Assembly: GCA_963717465.1 (NCBI GenBank)
Contig: OY970340.1
Span: forward strand, 1,504,001-1,568,000
Direction: 5' to 3'
DNA: 64,000 nt
Source: Candidatus Bathyarchaeota archaeon
Lineage (GTDB): Archaea > Thermoproteota > Bathyarchaeia > Bathyarchaeales > Bathycorpusculaceae
Shown here one piece after another: positions 39,280 through 49,958 of this stretch (the first letter of the stretch is position 1; the number at the start of each line of letters is the position of its first letter). The translations under genes and the position numbers were made by a program. The notes beneath the pieces are model-generated. The model had not been told where the DNA came from. It made no database searches and saw only the letters and a list, made by a program, of their open reading frames with translations.

Positions 39280-40419
39280 TTAAAAGTTTGCGTCTGCTGG
39301 AACATATCTTCTAAGCCCTTGGAGAGAACGTAGTTTTTCTTTTTCGCCGATTTTTGCGGCTTGCACTGCTTGCTTGAGAACTTGTATTGATTCGTCCATT
39401 GCTTTTCGGTCGACTGGGTATGGTACGCCGTCTTTTCCGCCGAAGGCGAAACTGAATTTTACGGGGTCTTCCCAGCTTGGTTGTTCGCCGTAAATGAGTT
39501 CTGCTACGAGTGCTAATCCTCGAACTGTTGCTGGTCCGACGCCTTTTACGCTTAATAATTCTTCGTAATTTTTGGGTTGAAACTCGTAAACTCTGCTGAG
39601 CGTGTCCCAGTTAATGTTTCTTGGCATGTTAAGAACGCCGACGGTTCGCCGCAGTGAATCCCCGCTTGGAAGCCATTCTTGAAGTGATTTTTGATTTGCA
39701 GGCTTAATTGCAGATTCAATTAGCCTCATTATTCTGTTCGGTGGCTCCTTAGCTAAATCCACTGATGCTTTTCTTGTGCCCTCACTTGTTTTCGCAACCA
39801 TATTCAGAGCTTTCTCGCGTTTCACGTCGCCAACGATAGCATTATGAGGTTCAACCACAAAATCTCTTGTGCTGTCTGAAAGCCAATGATAGCGTCGTGC
39901 AGTTCGATCTTGATTGCTCATGCCCTGCTGGATAACTGCCCACTTCTCATCTTTTGTAATCAGGAAAGCGTGATGGTAAAGTTGGTAGCCTGCTTGAATA
40001 GCCGTATTATCCACCTTAGCCGTCATTCTGCTCGTGTAAGTGAGTTTGTTGGCGGTTTCTTCTGAAAAATGGAATTTTTCGGCTGCGACTGTTATTTCGT
40101 TTGGCGTTTTTCTGGATGTTTTGCCTTTGCCGCCGCAAACAATTATACCGTGTTCTGTTGGTGAGAGTGCTCCTTTAAGGATACCAGTAACTACTGTAGT
40201 TACGCCTGAACTGTGCCAGTCATAAGCTAAAACGCATCCGAACGCTTGAAACCAATAAGGGTCCGATAGGCGCTGGATGAATTTGCTTGTGCCTTGCTCC
40301 TCAATGATTATGTCTGCTACTTCTTTGGCTAATTTGCGCATTCGAATTGTAAGCCATGCTGGGGCTTTTCCTCCATGAAGCGGGAGGTCAGCAATACCTG
40401 TTCTTGACATTGTTTTCAT
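39280..40419 (-). CDS. DUF763-family protein
   Basis: ADLPLHGGKAPAWL, DWHSSGVTT, AKVDNTAIQ, FAFGGKDGVPYPV. Confidence 0.88.
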   Translation of the reverse strand: MKTMSRTGIADLPLHGGKAPAWLTIRMRKLAKEVADIIIEEQGTSKFIQRLSDPYWFQAFGCVLAYDWHSSGVTTVVTGILKGALSPTEHGIIVCGGKGKTSRKTPNEITVAAEKFHFSEETANKLTYTSRMTAKVDNTAIQAGYQLYHHAFLITKDEKWAVIQQGMSNQDRTARRYHWLSDSTRDFVVEPHNAIVGDVKREKALNMVAKTSEGTRKASVDLAKEPPNRIMRLIESAIKPANQKSLQEWLPSGDSLRRTVGVLNMPRNINWDTLSRVYEFQPKNYEELLSVKGVGPATVRGLALVAELIYGEQPSWEDPVKFSFAFGGKDGVPYPVDRKAMDESIQVLKQAVQAAKIGEKEKLRSLQGLRRYVPADANF

Positions 40420-40703
40420 TTTTCTTGATGGCTAAAGGTATATTTTGATATTTTGATCTTTTTAACAGCATTAATACAAAAATCCTTTGAACCTGATGGA
40501 TGCTTGCAATATGCGGAAATAAATTGATTAAAGCCGTATGGGATTAAATTTTAATAGCGTGTTCGATTTGAAGAGAGATGTGGAGTAGGCAAGCAAACGA
40601 ATGGAATTGGAGATTTGGCAATTTTAGCATCTGACTATTAAAAAGTCGCGCCGCTACAGGCAGTCTTGATTTGGCTAATACTGCTCGTGTTATGTGATGA
40701 ACA

Positions 40704-40940
40704 TTACCTTAAACAATAATAGCCTTGTTCCAAGTTGAATTTGTCAAAGTTTATGCAACTGCTGCATATGCAATTTTCTTGAATTTTCCTGTTCAAGAGA
40801 TCCTTAAAATCAAATACCGCTTCTTTTGCCTTGCCTTTGGCGCAATAGAAATTGCTACTAAATTGGTTTTTCTTGAATGTTGGGCATTTTTGACAAATGC
40901 AATGGTTCATGTTTTCAATTGTATCTGGCACTGTAACCAT
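40704..40940 (-). CDS. Small Cys-rich protein (DUF2769-like)
   Basis: CICQKCPTF...FYCAKGK...CICSSC...YYC. Confidence 0.65.
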   Translation of the reverse strand: MVTVPDTIENMNHCICQKCPTFKKNQFSSNFYCAKGKAKEAVFDFKDLLNRKIQENCICSSCINFDKFNLEQGYYCLR

Positions 40941-40999
40941 TCATTCATTCACCTCCTATAAAAAATGTCAAACTATTCTGGGTTCTCTGTTGAATTGAC

Positions 41000-41314
41000 T
41001 TATGTTTTTAAACCCTTGATTAGAACGTGATTATTTTCTGTTTGAACTTCAAATTTTGGTTCAGGCTCGCTGGCTGGTCCAGAGACTTTAATACCTGTTT
41101 TTACGTTGAACGATGAGTTATGACAAGGGCACGTTACGTTTTCTCTATCAAGTGTTCCTCTTGAAAGCAAACAGCCCATGTGAGTGCACACATTTCCTAT
41201 AGCAAAAAATTCTCCATTTATGTTAGCGACAAGGACTTTATTATTCTCCACTGCAAAGCCCTTCATTTTACCAGGCTTTATCTCCTCCGTTGTACATAAG
41301 TTAACAAATGGCAA
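41000..41314 (-). CDS. Rieske-type [2Fe-2S] ferredoxin
   Basis: CTHMGC...CPCHNSSF. Confidence 0.9.
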   Translation of the reverse strand: MPFVNLCTTEEIKPGKMKGFAVENNKVLVANINGEFFAIGNVCTHMGCLLSRGTLDRENVTCPCHNSSFNVKTGIKVSGPASEPEPKFEVQTENNHVLIKGLKT

Positions 41315-42109
41315 CTTGAAAAATACCTCCAAGACTAAAACGTAGTGTTGGTTTGAATTAACCTAATTTTAATCCGAGCGAAAATAAAATTACCTGTTAG
41401 GTATGAAAGGGTCTTTTCACTTTGACTAAACGTCAACTCAACCAACTTTTTAACCAACTTTATGCTTTGCGCTTGTCAAAGTTATTTGGCTAATACTCTC
41501 TTATGATTATGTGACTGTATGATAGCAACAACATAGGGCTTAATATTACAACAACATTAGTCCTTACCTAACTGTAATACTAAGCGCACGCTATGACAAA
41601 GCGGAAAAAGCGCTGAAAATTGAGGGGATGAGTGTAAATGAAAAATGTGGAGATAGCAAAAGTTCTTTCCTTGTGTGATGAACTACATCTAGTTATTCTG
41701 GAAACTGAAGAGAGAAATGAGAAAAGCGTCTCTATGTCTAGGGAACAAGTCAAGGATATTATGAAAAACCAAGTAGCTAAACCTCTGTTTATCTTGCGAG
41801 CTGAATAATCTTTAGATGCTCTCAACAAATTAATCCTTATTTTATGTGAATTAGCACGCTTAATTTCAGGGAAAAGCAAATACTCTAGCGTGCATGGCTG
41901 TTTCTAAAATTGCTAGATAATGTTTTTGGTTAACTTTTTCTAAATAATTTTTATTGTAGAAACCTGCTAACGAAGCAAAAGCCAAAAACCGCAAAATAGA
42001 AAAGAATTACGTACTTCAAAAATGAATTTAGGAACACGCATGCTCTCCAAAAAAAATAGTTAAAAAAAGTGAGTGGTTAGGCTAAAGCCTCTATTGGTTA
42101 ATCGTCGCG

Positions 42110-42660
42110 CACTTAACCGGGTTGCGTGAACAGAGAGTCTGGAAGTGAAGGATTAATTTGGATATTGGTGAAAGCAACCGTTCCTCCTGCATTCGTACCA
42201 CTCGTTATATTATAAGTATAGCTTCCAGGCCACCATAGGCTTCTAGCATGTTTACGTATAAAGTTGCTGTTGATTCTACGCTAGATTGCAGAGATGCGTA
42301 ATCGGTAGTGAGATTCGTCCATGTTCCGTCACTATATACCCATGCCTCCTGCGTTACTCCATTTATAATGGTCTCAGTGGTGCCACTCGAAGGAGTTGTT
42401 ATTACCCATAGGTACTCAATGTTAGATGTCTCAAGATTTTTTGTAGCAATTTATGCCATGTCAAGTACGTTCCGTTACTAGCCTTTTCGGTTAAGTTGAA
42501 CTCATAACTGGTTGCATCAGTGATAGAGTAGGTGTAGCTGTCGGGGTTGGTGTGGCTGTAGCGAACAAAAACCACCGAGCAACCTCTAAACTCGGCTCTT
42601 CCCACTTCGCAATAAACTTGGCAATTTTCTAAAGTCAAAATTAGTTTTCACATAGTCTCA
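42110..42660 (-). pseudogene. Fragmented Ser/Thr/Tyr-rich secreted-protein remnant
   Basis: Short coding-like frames (YSHTNPDSYTYSITD...; TTPSSGTTETIINGVTQEAWVYSDGTW...) broken by shifts. Confidence 0.35.
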
Positions 42661-42913
42661 ACAGACCAGACATACGCGTAAATAATAATCCAGAAAGGAC
42701 TGTTTTCAACAAATACCCCTTAAATTGCAGTTCACTCAAATTTTATTTAAACAGCAGCGATTTTTTTTATGGTGTTGGCGCAATCTTTTCTTTGGACTTG
42801 GGCATTTTTGCTTTAAATGTCTTCGGACTGTGGGGCGCGACAACCGAAGTAAATACCTTCTTCGTTCCTAGCGGGGAAAAAGAAACTAAATAGTAAGCAT
42901 AGTTTAAGTCTGT

Positions 42914-43360
42914 TTACTTTGACAGCCCAAGTTGCTGCATAAAACCTACGACATCGTAGAATAGTCGCTCTTCGACGATTTCTCCGTTTTTCCATGTGGC
43001 GACAGTACAAAATTCGAGCTTTGCCGTTTTTCCGGTCGGCGGGATCATTTTCCCGTCAGGACCTTTCATCGGTTCCTTCATAGTTACAGTCCAATCGGCT
43101 ACAGTGCACGTGTAGTCTCCAGCGCCGAACATTATTTTGTATGGGTTGTTGACGAGTTTGTTATCAAATTTCTTGAAGAACTCTACCGCTTCAACGTCGT
43201 GGGCATGACGTCCCATAGTAGGCAATGGTTGAGCTGGCCAGTACACTTTCACGTCTTCTCGGTGTCGCTTTCTAAAAGTCTCCCAGAGTGGGCTGTTTGG
43301 CCCCGCATTCCAAGCATCATCAAGGGTTTTCATCAACTCAAGATTTTCTTTAACTCCCAT
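42914..43360 (-). CDS. SnoaL-like/ester cyclase (NTF2 fold) protein
   Basis: IPPTGKTAKLEFCTVATWKNGEIVEERLFYD...QQLGL. Confidence 0.85.
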   Translation of the reverse strand: MGVKENLELMKTLDDAWNAGPNSPLWETFRKRHREDVKVYWPAQPLPTMGRHAHDVEAVEFFKKFDNKLVNNPYKIMFGAGDYTCTVADWTVTMKEPMKGPDGKMIPPTGKTAKLEFCTVATWKNGEIVEERLFYDVVGFMQQLGLSK

Positions 43361-44118
43361 AAAATTCGCCTACTAGTTGTTTGGCGTTATTGTTAATAAA
43401 CGTGAGCAATTTACAATCATAGCTTATTCCCTCTTCTTTGAAACATGTTAAAATAGGGTTCTGTAAAGTTGTCGGTAAGAAAGACGCACGCTATGGAAAT
43501 TAAACCCGAGTACTCTAGCGATATCGCCAATCGTTCATTTTCTTGGTAGCTACTTTCTCTTTTTTAGAATAATCCTACTCTGGAGCAATCCGATGGGACT
43601 CGTAAACATGTGCGAAAAAGGTACGAGCGTTTCCTATTTTTCCAATTTTTTCCAAACTTACCAATAACGCTCGGTGAATCTTGCAGCTTAGGCTGCCAAG
43701 TAGGCCGTGTGTTAAAACCATTGTAAGCTGTAGCCTCAAAAACACCCCAATTTAGCACCTAAAACCTTAACTAATGCACATAAAACCTTAACAATTTCCG
43801 TCTTGTTAAAGCCGTCTCCTTCAAGCTTTAACGAAAATAAGCGTATTTCAAGCGTATCTCTCACCATAAAAACCACTTTTTTTAAGGTTTACTTAACTTT
43901 TTGCGAATTTTACTACCAGCCCTTGAAGTTACCTATTGTTTTATTCAACCGTGTGGATTCTCTAAAAATATACGAGTTTAAGCCAAAGAGCTGGAGATGG
44001 GAATTGCATCCCATGCAAGTGGAGTTATCTCCCGCAAAATTCTCTTTTTTCCATGCAGGCTATTTTCAATGAGAAGAGTTACCTTAGTTTTTTATGTTAA
44101 GGGCGTAATATTCTATTC

Positions 44119-44742
44119 ATGCCTAATTATTCCAAGAAACCACTCCTAACAGTTAATGACGAAGAATACATGATATTAATCGAGGTTGCTGAAGAATTTC
44201 AGAGACAAAAAATCGGAAAAACAGCTTGTGAGACATCTGGAAATGCAACTGAAATAGTAATGCGCAATCATCTTTTGAGAAGAAATCTTAACCTTTCAAT
44301 GAATCCAAACGTCAGAATTCAAGGATCAAAAATCAAAAACGATCTGCTTCTTTTAAAGAACGGCGTAAACCCAACCCAAGAAACCTTCACGTCTGACAAT
44401 GTGAAAATAGTAATAGAGATTAAGAACAACGCCGTCGGTGGCAAAATTATGGAAAACGGAAAGCGGGAAGACCCTAACAAGGTGTTGCGTTCCAAATTCA
44501 ACGAGCTTGAAGCAATTACCAATGTAAGAAATTTTGCTGTTATCGTTCTTTCTGAAACGCTACTTCCACCTAAAACCCCCTACAAATGGCGATTTAAAGA
44601 AGAGGTAATAGGAAAAGAAAACTGTAAAGTCTTTACTTTAGTTGCCCGTCAGATGTATCCTCCTGGTGGACTCTACATCAAGTCAAACATAGTAGAACTG
44701 CTCCAGAAAGAACAGATGAAAAAAACCGGAGAATTTCAATAG
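44119..44742 (+). CDS. Hypothetical protein, possible PD-(D/E)xK nuclease
   Basis: GNATE...NDLLL...IEIKN spacing resembles restriction-endonuclease cores. Confidence 0.45.
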   Translation: MPNYSKKPLLTVNDEEYMILIEVAEEFQRQKIGKTACETSGNATEIVMRNHLLRRNLNLSMNPNVRIQGSKIKNDLLLLKNGVNPTQETFTSDNVKIVIEIKNNAVGGKIMENGKREDPNKVLRSKFNELEAITNVRNFAVIVLSETLLPPKTPYKWRFKEEVIGKENCKVFTLVARQMYPPGGLYIKSNIVELLQKEQMKKTGEFQ

Positions 44743-45048
44743 CTGATAAATTACCTTCAAAACTTGTAGAGCGCGCTCCGGAGGTCAAATATGATTTGTT
44801 CGTTTTAATGCTCAAAAATGGGCGGGATTATTTGCAGCGGGTGTGGAGGGATTCGCTCTCATCCCATAGTGGGGACATCTCCCGCAAACTATCCTCTTTT
44901 TCTTTTTATGCTAGACCTGAAGAACAGATTTTCTAAAATGCAATAAAACTAAAAGCAAAACTAAACTAGCAGAGACCAGATAAGATACTGTTAAGTTATT
45001 TGTCGCGCGCTATTACATAAAAGTAAAATCTACTAAGGGAAACAAGAA

Positions 45049-46326
45049 TTGACTACTGAAAAAATAACTCGGTTTTACGGTTGCCAGTTAACAACCACTA
45101 ATTCAGTAAAACAGCATAAGCTGAGAAGACTCGTAGCATGGTTATCCGATAAAGAGGGACAAGGAAAAGAATTCATCTCGCTTTACATACCTTCAGGAGC
45201 ATCAAAAGATGCAATAGCAGCAAGCCTTAAAAAAGAATTTGATTCCATAACTAAATCAGGCACCATTGAAGAACGCGTCCAGACTGCGCTCAAAAATCTT
45301 ATTCACCAAGTGAGGCAGTATAAGGAAATTCCAGAAAATGGATTGGCACTTTTTGCTGGGTCGTTTGAGAATGACAATCAAGAACGAGAAATTTTGAATG
45401 TTGAAGAGATAATCCCCCCAGAACCAGTTACTAACTACCTATATGAGGTAAACGACCATTTTCTCTTAGAGCCGTTAAGGCAAATGCTACGAGACCCAAG
45501 AATTATAGGCCTTATGATCATGGATTCTAAGGAGGCTAGCTTTGGAATTTTTGAGGGCGAACGCCTCGAAATAATCGAAAACATAACTTCGGGGGTTCCT
45601 GGCAAAACTGGCAAGGGCGGACAAAGCCAAAGGCGATATGAGAGAGAACGCGACATGGAACTTGCAAACTTTTTCCATCGGGTTTCTGAGCATGCAACGA
45701 AGGCATTTCTTGAGAGCCACAAAGTTACAACGTTAGTCGTCGGTGGCCCGAGTCTAACTAAAAATGATTTCTTAAAAGGCAACTACCTCCACTATGAGTT
45801 AAAAAATATGCTTCTAAGCATGGTTGACACCCAATCAGCGAGCAGAGAAGCTATCAGAGAACTTCTTGATAGGTCGTTTAATGCGTTAAATAATATGTGT
45901 TTGCCTGAGGAGAAGAAAATTATGCAGCGACTTTTGGTAGAGTTAGGTAAGCATGACGGTTTGGCTATTGCTGGGTTAGATGCAGTGCTTGATGGGCTTA
46001 AAAACGGTGAAGTGGAGGTTGCCTTGGCAACTGATAGCTCTCCTTTAATTGAAGTTATTGCCATTTGTAAAAAATGCGGTTTAGCAAAGATGCAAATAGT
46101 AGATAAGAAGGATGTCGGAGCAATACAGAAAATCATATCAGCATCATGCGAGAAGTGTCATTCGGCTGAATATGAGATGCAAGAGAAAGACATGATTGAT
46201 GTGCTAGAGGATGCTGCTTCACAGACGGATGCAAGAGTTCAGGTAATAGCCACAGATTCAGAAGAAAAAACCAAGCTAATAGCTTTAGGAGGTTTTGCCG
46301 CTCTTTTGAGATACAAGCCTCATTAG
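45049..46326 (+). CDS. Divergent aRF1/eRF1-family release factor paralog
   Basis: ISLYIP, PENGLALF, GKGGQSQRRYER, C-terminal CKKC...CEKC insert and GGFAALLRY; NIKS and YxCxxxF motifs degenerate. Confidence 0.88.
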   Translation: MTTEKITRFYGCQLTTTNSVKQHKLRRLVAWLSDKEGQGKEFISLYIPSGASKDAIAASLKKEFDSITKSGTIEERVQTALKNLIHQVRQYKEIPENGLALFAGSFENDNQEREILNVEEIIPPEPVTNYLYEVNDHFLLEPLRQMLRDPRIIGLMIMDSKEASFGIFEGERLEIIENITSGVPGKTGKGGQSQRRYERERDMELANFFHRVSEHATKAFLESHKVTTLVVGGPSLTKNDFLKGNYLHYELKNMLLSMVDTQSASREAIRELLDRSFNALNNMCLPEEKKIMQRLLVELGKHDGLAIAGLDAVLDGLKNGEVEVALATDSSPLIEVIAICKKCGLAKMQIVDKKDVGAIQKIISASCEKCHSAEYEMQEKDMIDVLEDAASQTDARVQVIATDSEEKTKLIALGGFAALLRYKPH

Positions 46327-46519
46327 ACGAGCAGCACACGTTAAACATGCATGAGTGAATAGGCTTCATCCGACTGAAACAAACAAGGGCAAAGGCGTAT
46401 TATTGTCAGCTTTCGAGGCAATACGTTAAGCGTGGGTTTTTCTCATTTTGGTTTTTTCTGGCAAAGCTGATATAGCTTTTTTATACAAAGAATATTAATC
46501 TTAAAGGGGAAGGTGTTCT

Positions 46520-47236
46520 ATGACAAAAGCACTGTTTTTAGTCGACAGTTATCTCAAAGAATCTAACGCGACTGTAGTTTCTGTGAAAGATGGAAAGTAT
46601 GTGGTCCTGGACCGAACAATCTTTTATGCGAAAGGAGGCGGTCAACCACATGACACGGGCAAGATGATTAAAGGCAACGAGGTCTTTAAAGTAGTCTTTG
46701 TCGGAAAGTTTTCGGGCGAAATCTCCCATGAAGTTGACCACATCGGTCTTCAACCCGGCGATGTTGTCTACTGTGGCCTAAACTGGGAAAGAAGATATAG
46801 ACTGATGCAAAGTCATACTGCTGCGCATGTTCTTGCAGCTCTGCTCAACAAAGGTACAGGCGCCCTTATCACAGGTAACCAGCTTGAGGAAGATCACATC
46901 CGCTTCGACTTCAGCTTGGAAAAATTTGACAAAAACCTCCTTGAAGCTTATCTGGTGAAGGCAAACGAGTTGTTCGGCATCGACATTCCCGTGAAATGGT
47001 ATGAGTTGCCCCGAGAAGAAGCGATGAAAATTCCCGGTGTAATCAAGATGGCTGAAGCATTCCCGCCAGACCTTCCTGTTCTAAGAATCGTCGAAATCGT
47101 TGGTGTAGATAAGCAGGCGGATGGCGGTACCCATGTTAAAAACCTTAATGAGATTGGAAAAATTGAGCTTATCAGGACTGAGAACAAAGGTAAAAACAAT
47201 AGGCGCATTTATTTCAAGCTAAATAATAGTACATAG
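46520..47236 (+). CDS. AlaX-M alanyl-tRNA editing protein
   Basis: LDRTIFYAKGGGQPHDTG, HTAAH, QADGGTHV. Confidence 0.9.
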   Translation: MTKALFLVDSYLKESNATVVSVKDGKYVVLDRTIFYAKGGGQPHDTGKMIKGNEVFKVVFVGKFSGEISHEVDHIGLQPGDVVYCGLNWERRYRLMQSHTAAHVLAALLNKGTGALITGNQLEEDHIRFDFSLEKFDKNLLEAYLVKANELFGIDIPVKWYELPREEAMKIPGVIKMAEAFPPDLPVLRIVEIVGVDKQADGGTHVKNLNEIGKIELIRTENKGKNNRRIYFKLNNST

Positions 47237-47396
47237 GGCTTGCTTGTACATAGGGCTTGCTTGTTAGCTTTTTCCGCAATGAAGGACAGTCGAGAACAAA
47301 CACGGCAAACTGCACTGTTCTTTGGTGGACAGATGCTTATCTCTTTGCTGGGCGGCGTTACGCTACGACAAGCAAACAGTGGAAAACGTGCTAAAG

Positions 47397-47663
47397 TTAC
47401 TTGAACGTGTTAGCATCAATTTCCTTGACTTCTGAAATTTTGTTTATTGATAGTTGAGCTTTCTTAGCGTGTTCATACAGTAGTTCAACATTTGGAGATT
47501 CGAAAACACAATATAAAATGTTTGATTTTTTTGGCGCGTAGCTCTTAATCCATTTTATCTTGCCAATTTCAGCCACAGCTTTTTTTGAACGTTTAACAGC
47601 TTCTGCTAGTTCATCATCACTTAAAGGTCTCCCAGTTTCGCGCTCAATCACATATAAAGGCAT
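47397..47663 (-). CDS. DUF4242-like small protein
   Basis: MPLYVIER...WIKSY...YCVFESPN...EHAKKA. Confidence 0.7.
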   Translation of the reverse strand: MPLYVIERETGRPLSDDELAEAVKRSKKAVAEIGKIKWIKSYAPKKSNILYCVFESPNVELLYEHAKKAQLSINKISEVKEIDANTFK

Positions 47664-47848
47664 TTTAGTTCACATCCAAATACACTTAATTCCTAAATTT
47701 TAAGATGACGCTCATAACAGTTGCAGCGGGCTTAAGCTCAGTTGTACCTCGAAAACTTACCGATGTAGTTAGGTTAGGTAGCGCGAACTAAAATCGAGAG
47801 CCTAACACTTAAAGAATGCTAATGCACTCGTGTTAAGGGTAATACAAT

Positions 47849-48478
47849 TCAACCGATTAATATTAGACAGTTCTGTGTGATTGCTTCTTTCGAGTTCCAA
47901 GTTAATTGTATGCCTGCATTTTTCATTGTTTTATTGATATCGATGCCCATTGCTTCCATGCTTGGTCTTGCTTCCCAGGGGTGCTTGCATGGAAATTTTA
48001 GTTCGCATGTTTCACATAACATGCAGGCGCCTGATCCAAGTCCAAGTGATAAATAATAGCCTTTGTTAAATGCTTCTCTTTCTATTGACGAAATAAGGTT
48101 TCTAAGTTTTTTACTAACAGTGTCCCATACAACTTTCATTTCTTTTTGAAATTCAGGTTTATTTATGATATCTTGGAATTTTGCTCCGTCAACATTTAGG
48201 TGATTTTTTATTTCGTCAACGTATGGATGACTTATTTGTGCTGCAATGGCATAATCATATTTTTTGACAATTTCCCGGAAGTCTTTTGCATTAGGCGTGT
48301 AAGGAGGACACATAAGATTTTTTCCATAGTTAATGCAGGGAGGATATACGCACTTTAGTTGAACTCTTTCGTCTACAACAACCTTCCCGGACTCTATTAC
48401 TTTTACGTCGGTTGCACCATTTTTTAAGGCAAAATTGCTTAAATCTTCCAGGTCTTTTTTTAATCTATCCACTTCCAT
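47849..48478 (-). CDS. DUF2284 predicted metal-binding protein
   Basis: RVQLKC...CINYG...CPP...GACMLCETC...CKHPWEARPSMEAMGID. Confidence 0.85.
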   Translation of the reverse strand: MEVDRLKKDLEDLSNFALKNGATDVKVIESGKVVVDERVQLKCVYPPCINYGKNLMCPPYTPNAKDFREIVKKYDYAIAAQISHPYVDEIKNHLNVDGAKFQDIINKPEFQKEMKVVWDTVSKKLRNLISSIEREAFNKGYYLSLGLGSGACMLCETCELKFPCKHPWEARPSMEAMGIDINKTMKNAGIQLTWNSKEAITQNCLILIG

Positions 48479-48801
48479 CCTATTCCCTCACTTAAGTTCG
48501 ACGATTAAAGTTCTTAAATATTGGGTTGTTTGGTTTTTGAAAGAAGAGTTTTGTTTTAGACACCAGTCTTAATTTAGCGCTAGGAACGATTTGAACCCTC
48601 TCGCAATGGAGATTTTATCCGCGAAACTCCTTTTTTTTCTTTTTAAAAATAGTGGTTCAGTTCAATTCCTAAACTTAAATTTATGATATTCTTAAATTGA
48701 GAAATCGTTCTAAAGAATAAACCTAAAAGGTACTGAATTAAATAGTTAACAGCTGCAATGAAAGCGTAGTTGGCGTCAAGATGTCTGCACATTGGAAGTA
48801 A

Positions 48802-49428
48802 GTGTTAGCAATAGTAGCTGCAATCATTATTCTTGGGGCAGGAGCCCGCGCTTTAGGTGTCGAGTTAACTAACTTTAAACCAGACATAATAGCATCACCA
48901 AACTTGCCACTTAATCTAATCGAGCCTATGCAAAGCTGGACTAGTCCTGGTTTATCTACTGCCAATACAGCCACCGCCACTCCTACACAAACACCGACAC
49001 CAACTCTCATGCCGCCTTCGGCCTCTGCATCTTTTTACGGGATTTTTGAACTTACAATTTCAGTTGAAAAGGACTCGTATGAAGTAGGCGAGCCAATTAA
49101 CATAACTTTAGCGATAACAAACATCAGCAATAAGACCGTTAATTTTACACACACTGGGATGGATTTCGACTTCATAGTGACCGACGACAACAATAACTTA
49201 GTTTATCAATGGTCTACGGGCAAAGCCTTTCCTATGTTTGTCATGCTCGAGCCGCTTGGCCCCGACGAAAATGTGACGGCAACTTACGTTTGGGCTCAAA
49301 CTTGCAACAGCAACCCTTCTTCGGTTAGCACACAAGTTGCCCCTGGAACATATTATATTGTTGGCAAAAGTGACTCAATTTACGAGTTGCAAACAAAACC
49401 AGTTCAAATCACGATAATTAGCTCTTGA
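48802..49428 (+). CDS. Membrane-anchored/secreted protein with Thr-Pro linker and Ig-like (BsuPI-like) domain
   Basis: Hydrophobic N-terminus, TATATPTQTPTPT, YEVGEPINITLAITN...FDFIV...VYQWS. Confidence 0.6.
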   Translation: MLAIVAAIIILGAGARALGVELTNFKPDIIASPNLPLNLIEPMQSWTSPGLSTANTATATPTQTPTPTLMPPSASASFYGIFELTISVEKDSYEVGEPINITLAITNISNKTVNFTHTGMDFDFIVTDDNNNLVYQWSTGKAFPMFVMLEPLGPDENVTATYVWAQTCNSNPSSVSTQVAPGTYYIVGKSDSIYELQTKPVQITIISS

Positions 49429-49439
49429 ACGCATGATAA

Positions 49440-49847
49440 AATTTTTAGAACTATCAAGTGGGTCCACTCGGCAAAGAAAGAAGGCAGCATTAAAACTCGG
49501 AAACCCACGCCTGCTGCAATTAACCTTCCATACATTCAGGCACTGAAGGCAACAATGGGCTATCATAAAACCAAAGACATCCTTTACGTCATGCACCTTT
49601 TAGGACATAAAAATATCAAGAATACCCTTGTTTACACAAAAATAGTTAATTTTCCAAAAGAAAAAGAATCCTCTGCAAAGTTGCCAAAACGCTTCAAGAA
49701 GCAAGCCAATTGATAGAAAATGGCTTTGAATTTGTCTACGCGATGGACGAAGTAAAGCTGTTCAGAAAACCAAGAAACTACATAGTAATCTCCCGAAAAG
49801 CTGAGGATTCGGCTAAAGAGCTGGGGATGGGAATTGAACCCATATAG
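49440..49847 (+). pseudogene. Tyrosine integrase C-terminal remnant
   Basis: LTFHTFRH*...YHKTKDILYVMHLLGHKNIKNTLVYT (HxxR, LGH, Tyr), with a stop and frameshifts; frame runs into the tRNA-Cys antisense. Confidence 0.8.
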
Positions 49848-49891
49848 AGCAGCTCTGCAGGCTACCGCCTGAACCATTCGGCCACCCCAGC
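49819..49891 (-). tRNA. tRNA-Cys(GCA)
   Basis: GCTGGGG acceptor, GTAGC-CT-GCA-GA-GCTGC anticodon arm, U discriminator. Confidence 0.95.
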
Positions 49892-49958
49892 ATGGATGAC
49901 TAGGCTTAGACTATAATAAAAATATTTTTGGGTATTCTTATGGTTTTTTGCATATGAT

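Larger units (their letters stand above)
43981..49844. mobile_element. Decayed integrative island at the 3' end of tRNA-Cys
   Basis: Degenerate direct repeat 43981-44015 vs 49811-49844 (tRNA-Cys 3' end); tyrosine-integrase remnant next to the tRNA. Confidence 0.65.

Noticed and set aside
44740..44742. TAG as pyrrolysine
   Set aside because: No pyl genes in the window, not a methylamine methyltransferase, and only eight further codons
47229..47262. 17-bp tandem duplication at the AlaX stop as a target-site duplication
   Set aside because: The copies are adjacent with no element between them; simple slippage explains it
49543..49545. TGA in the integrase remnant as another recoded codon
   Set aside because: It falls where Trp is expected (HTFRHW) next to frameshifts in a truncated gene, consistent with ordinary decay
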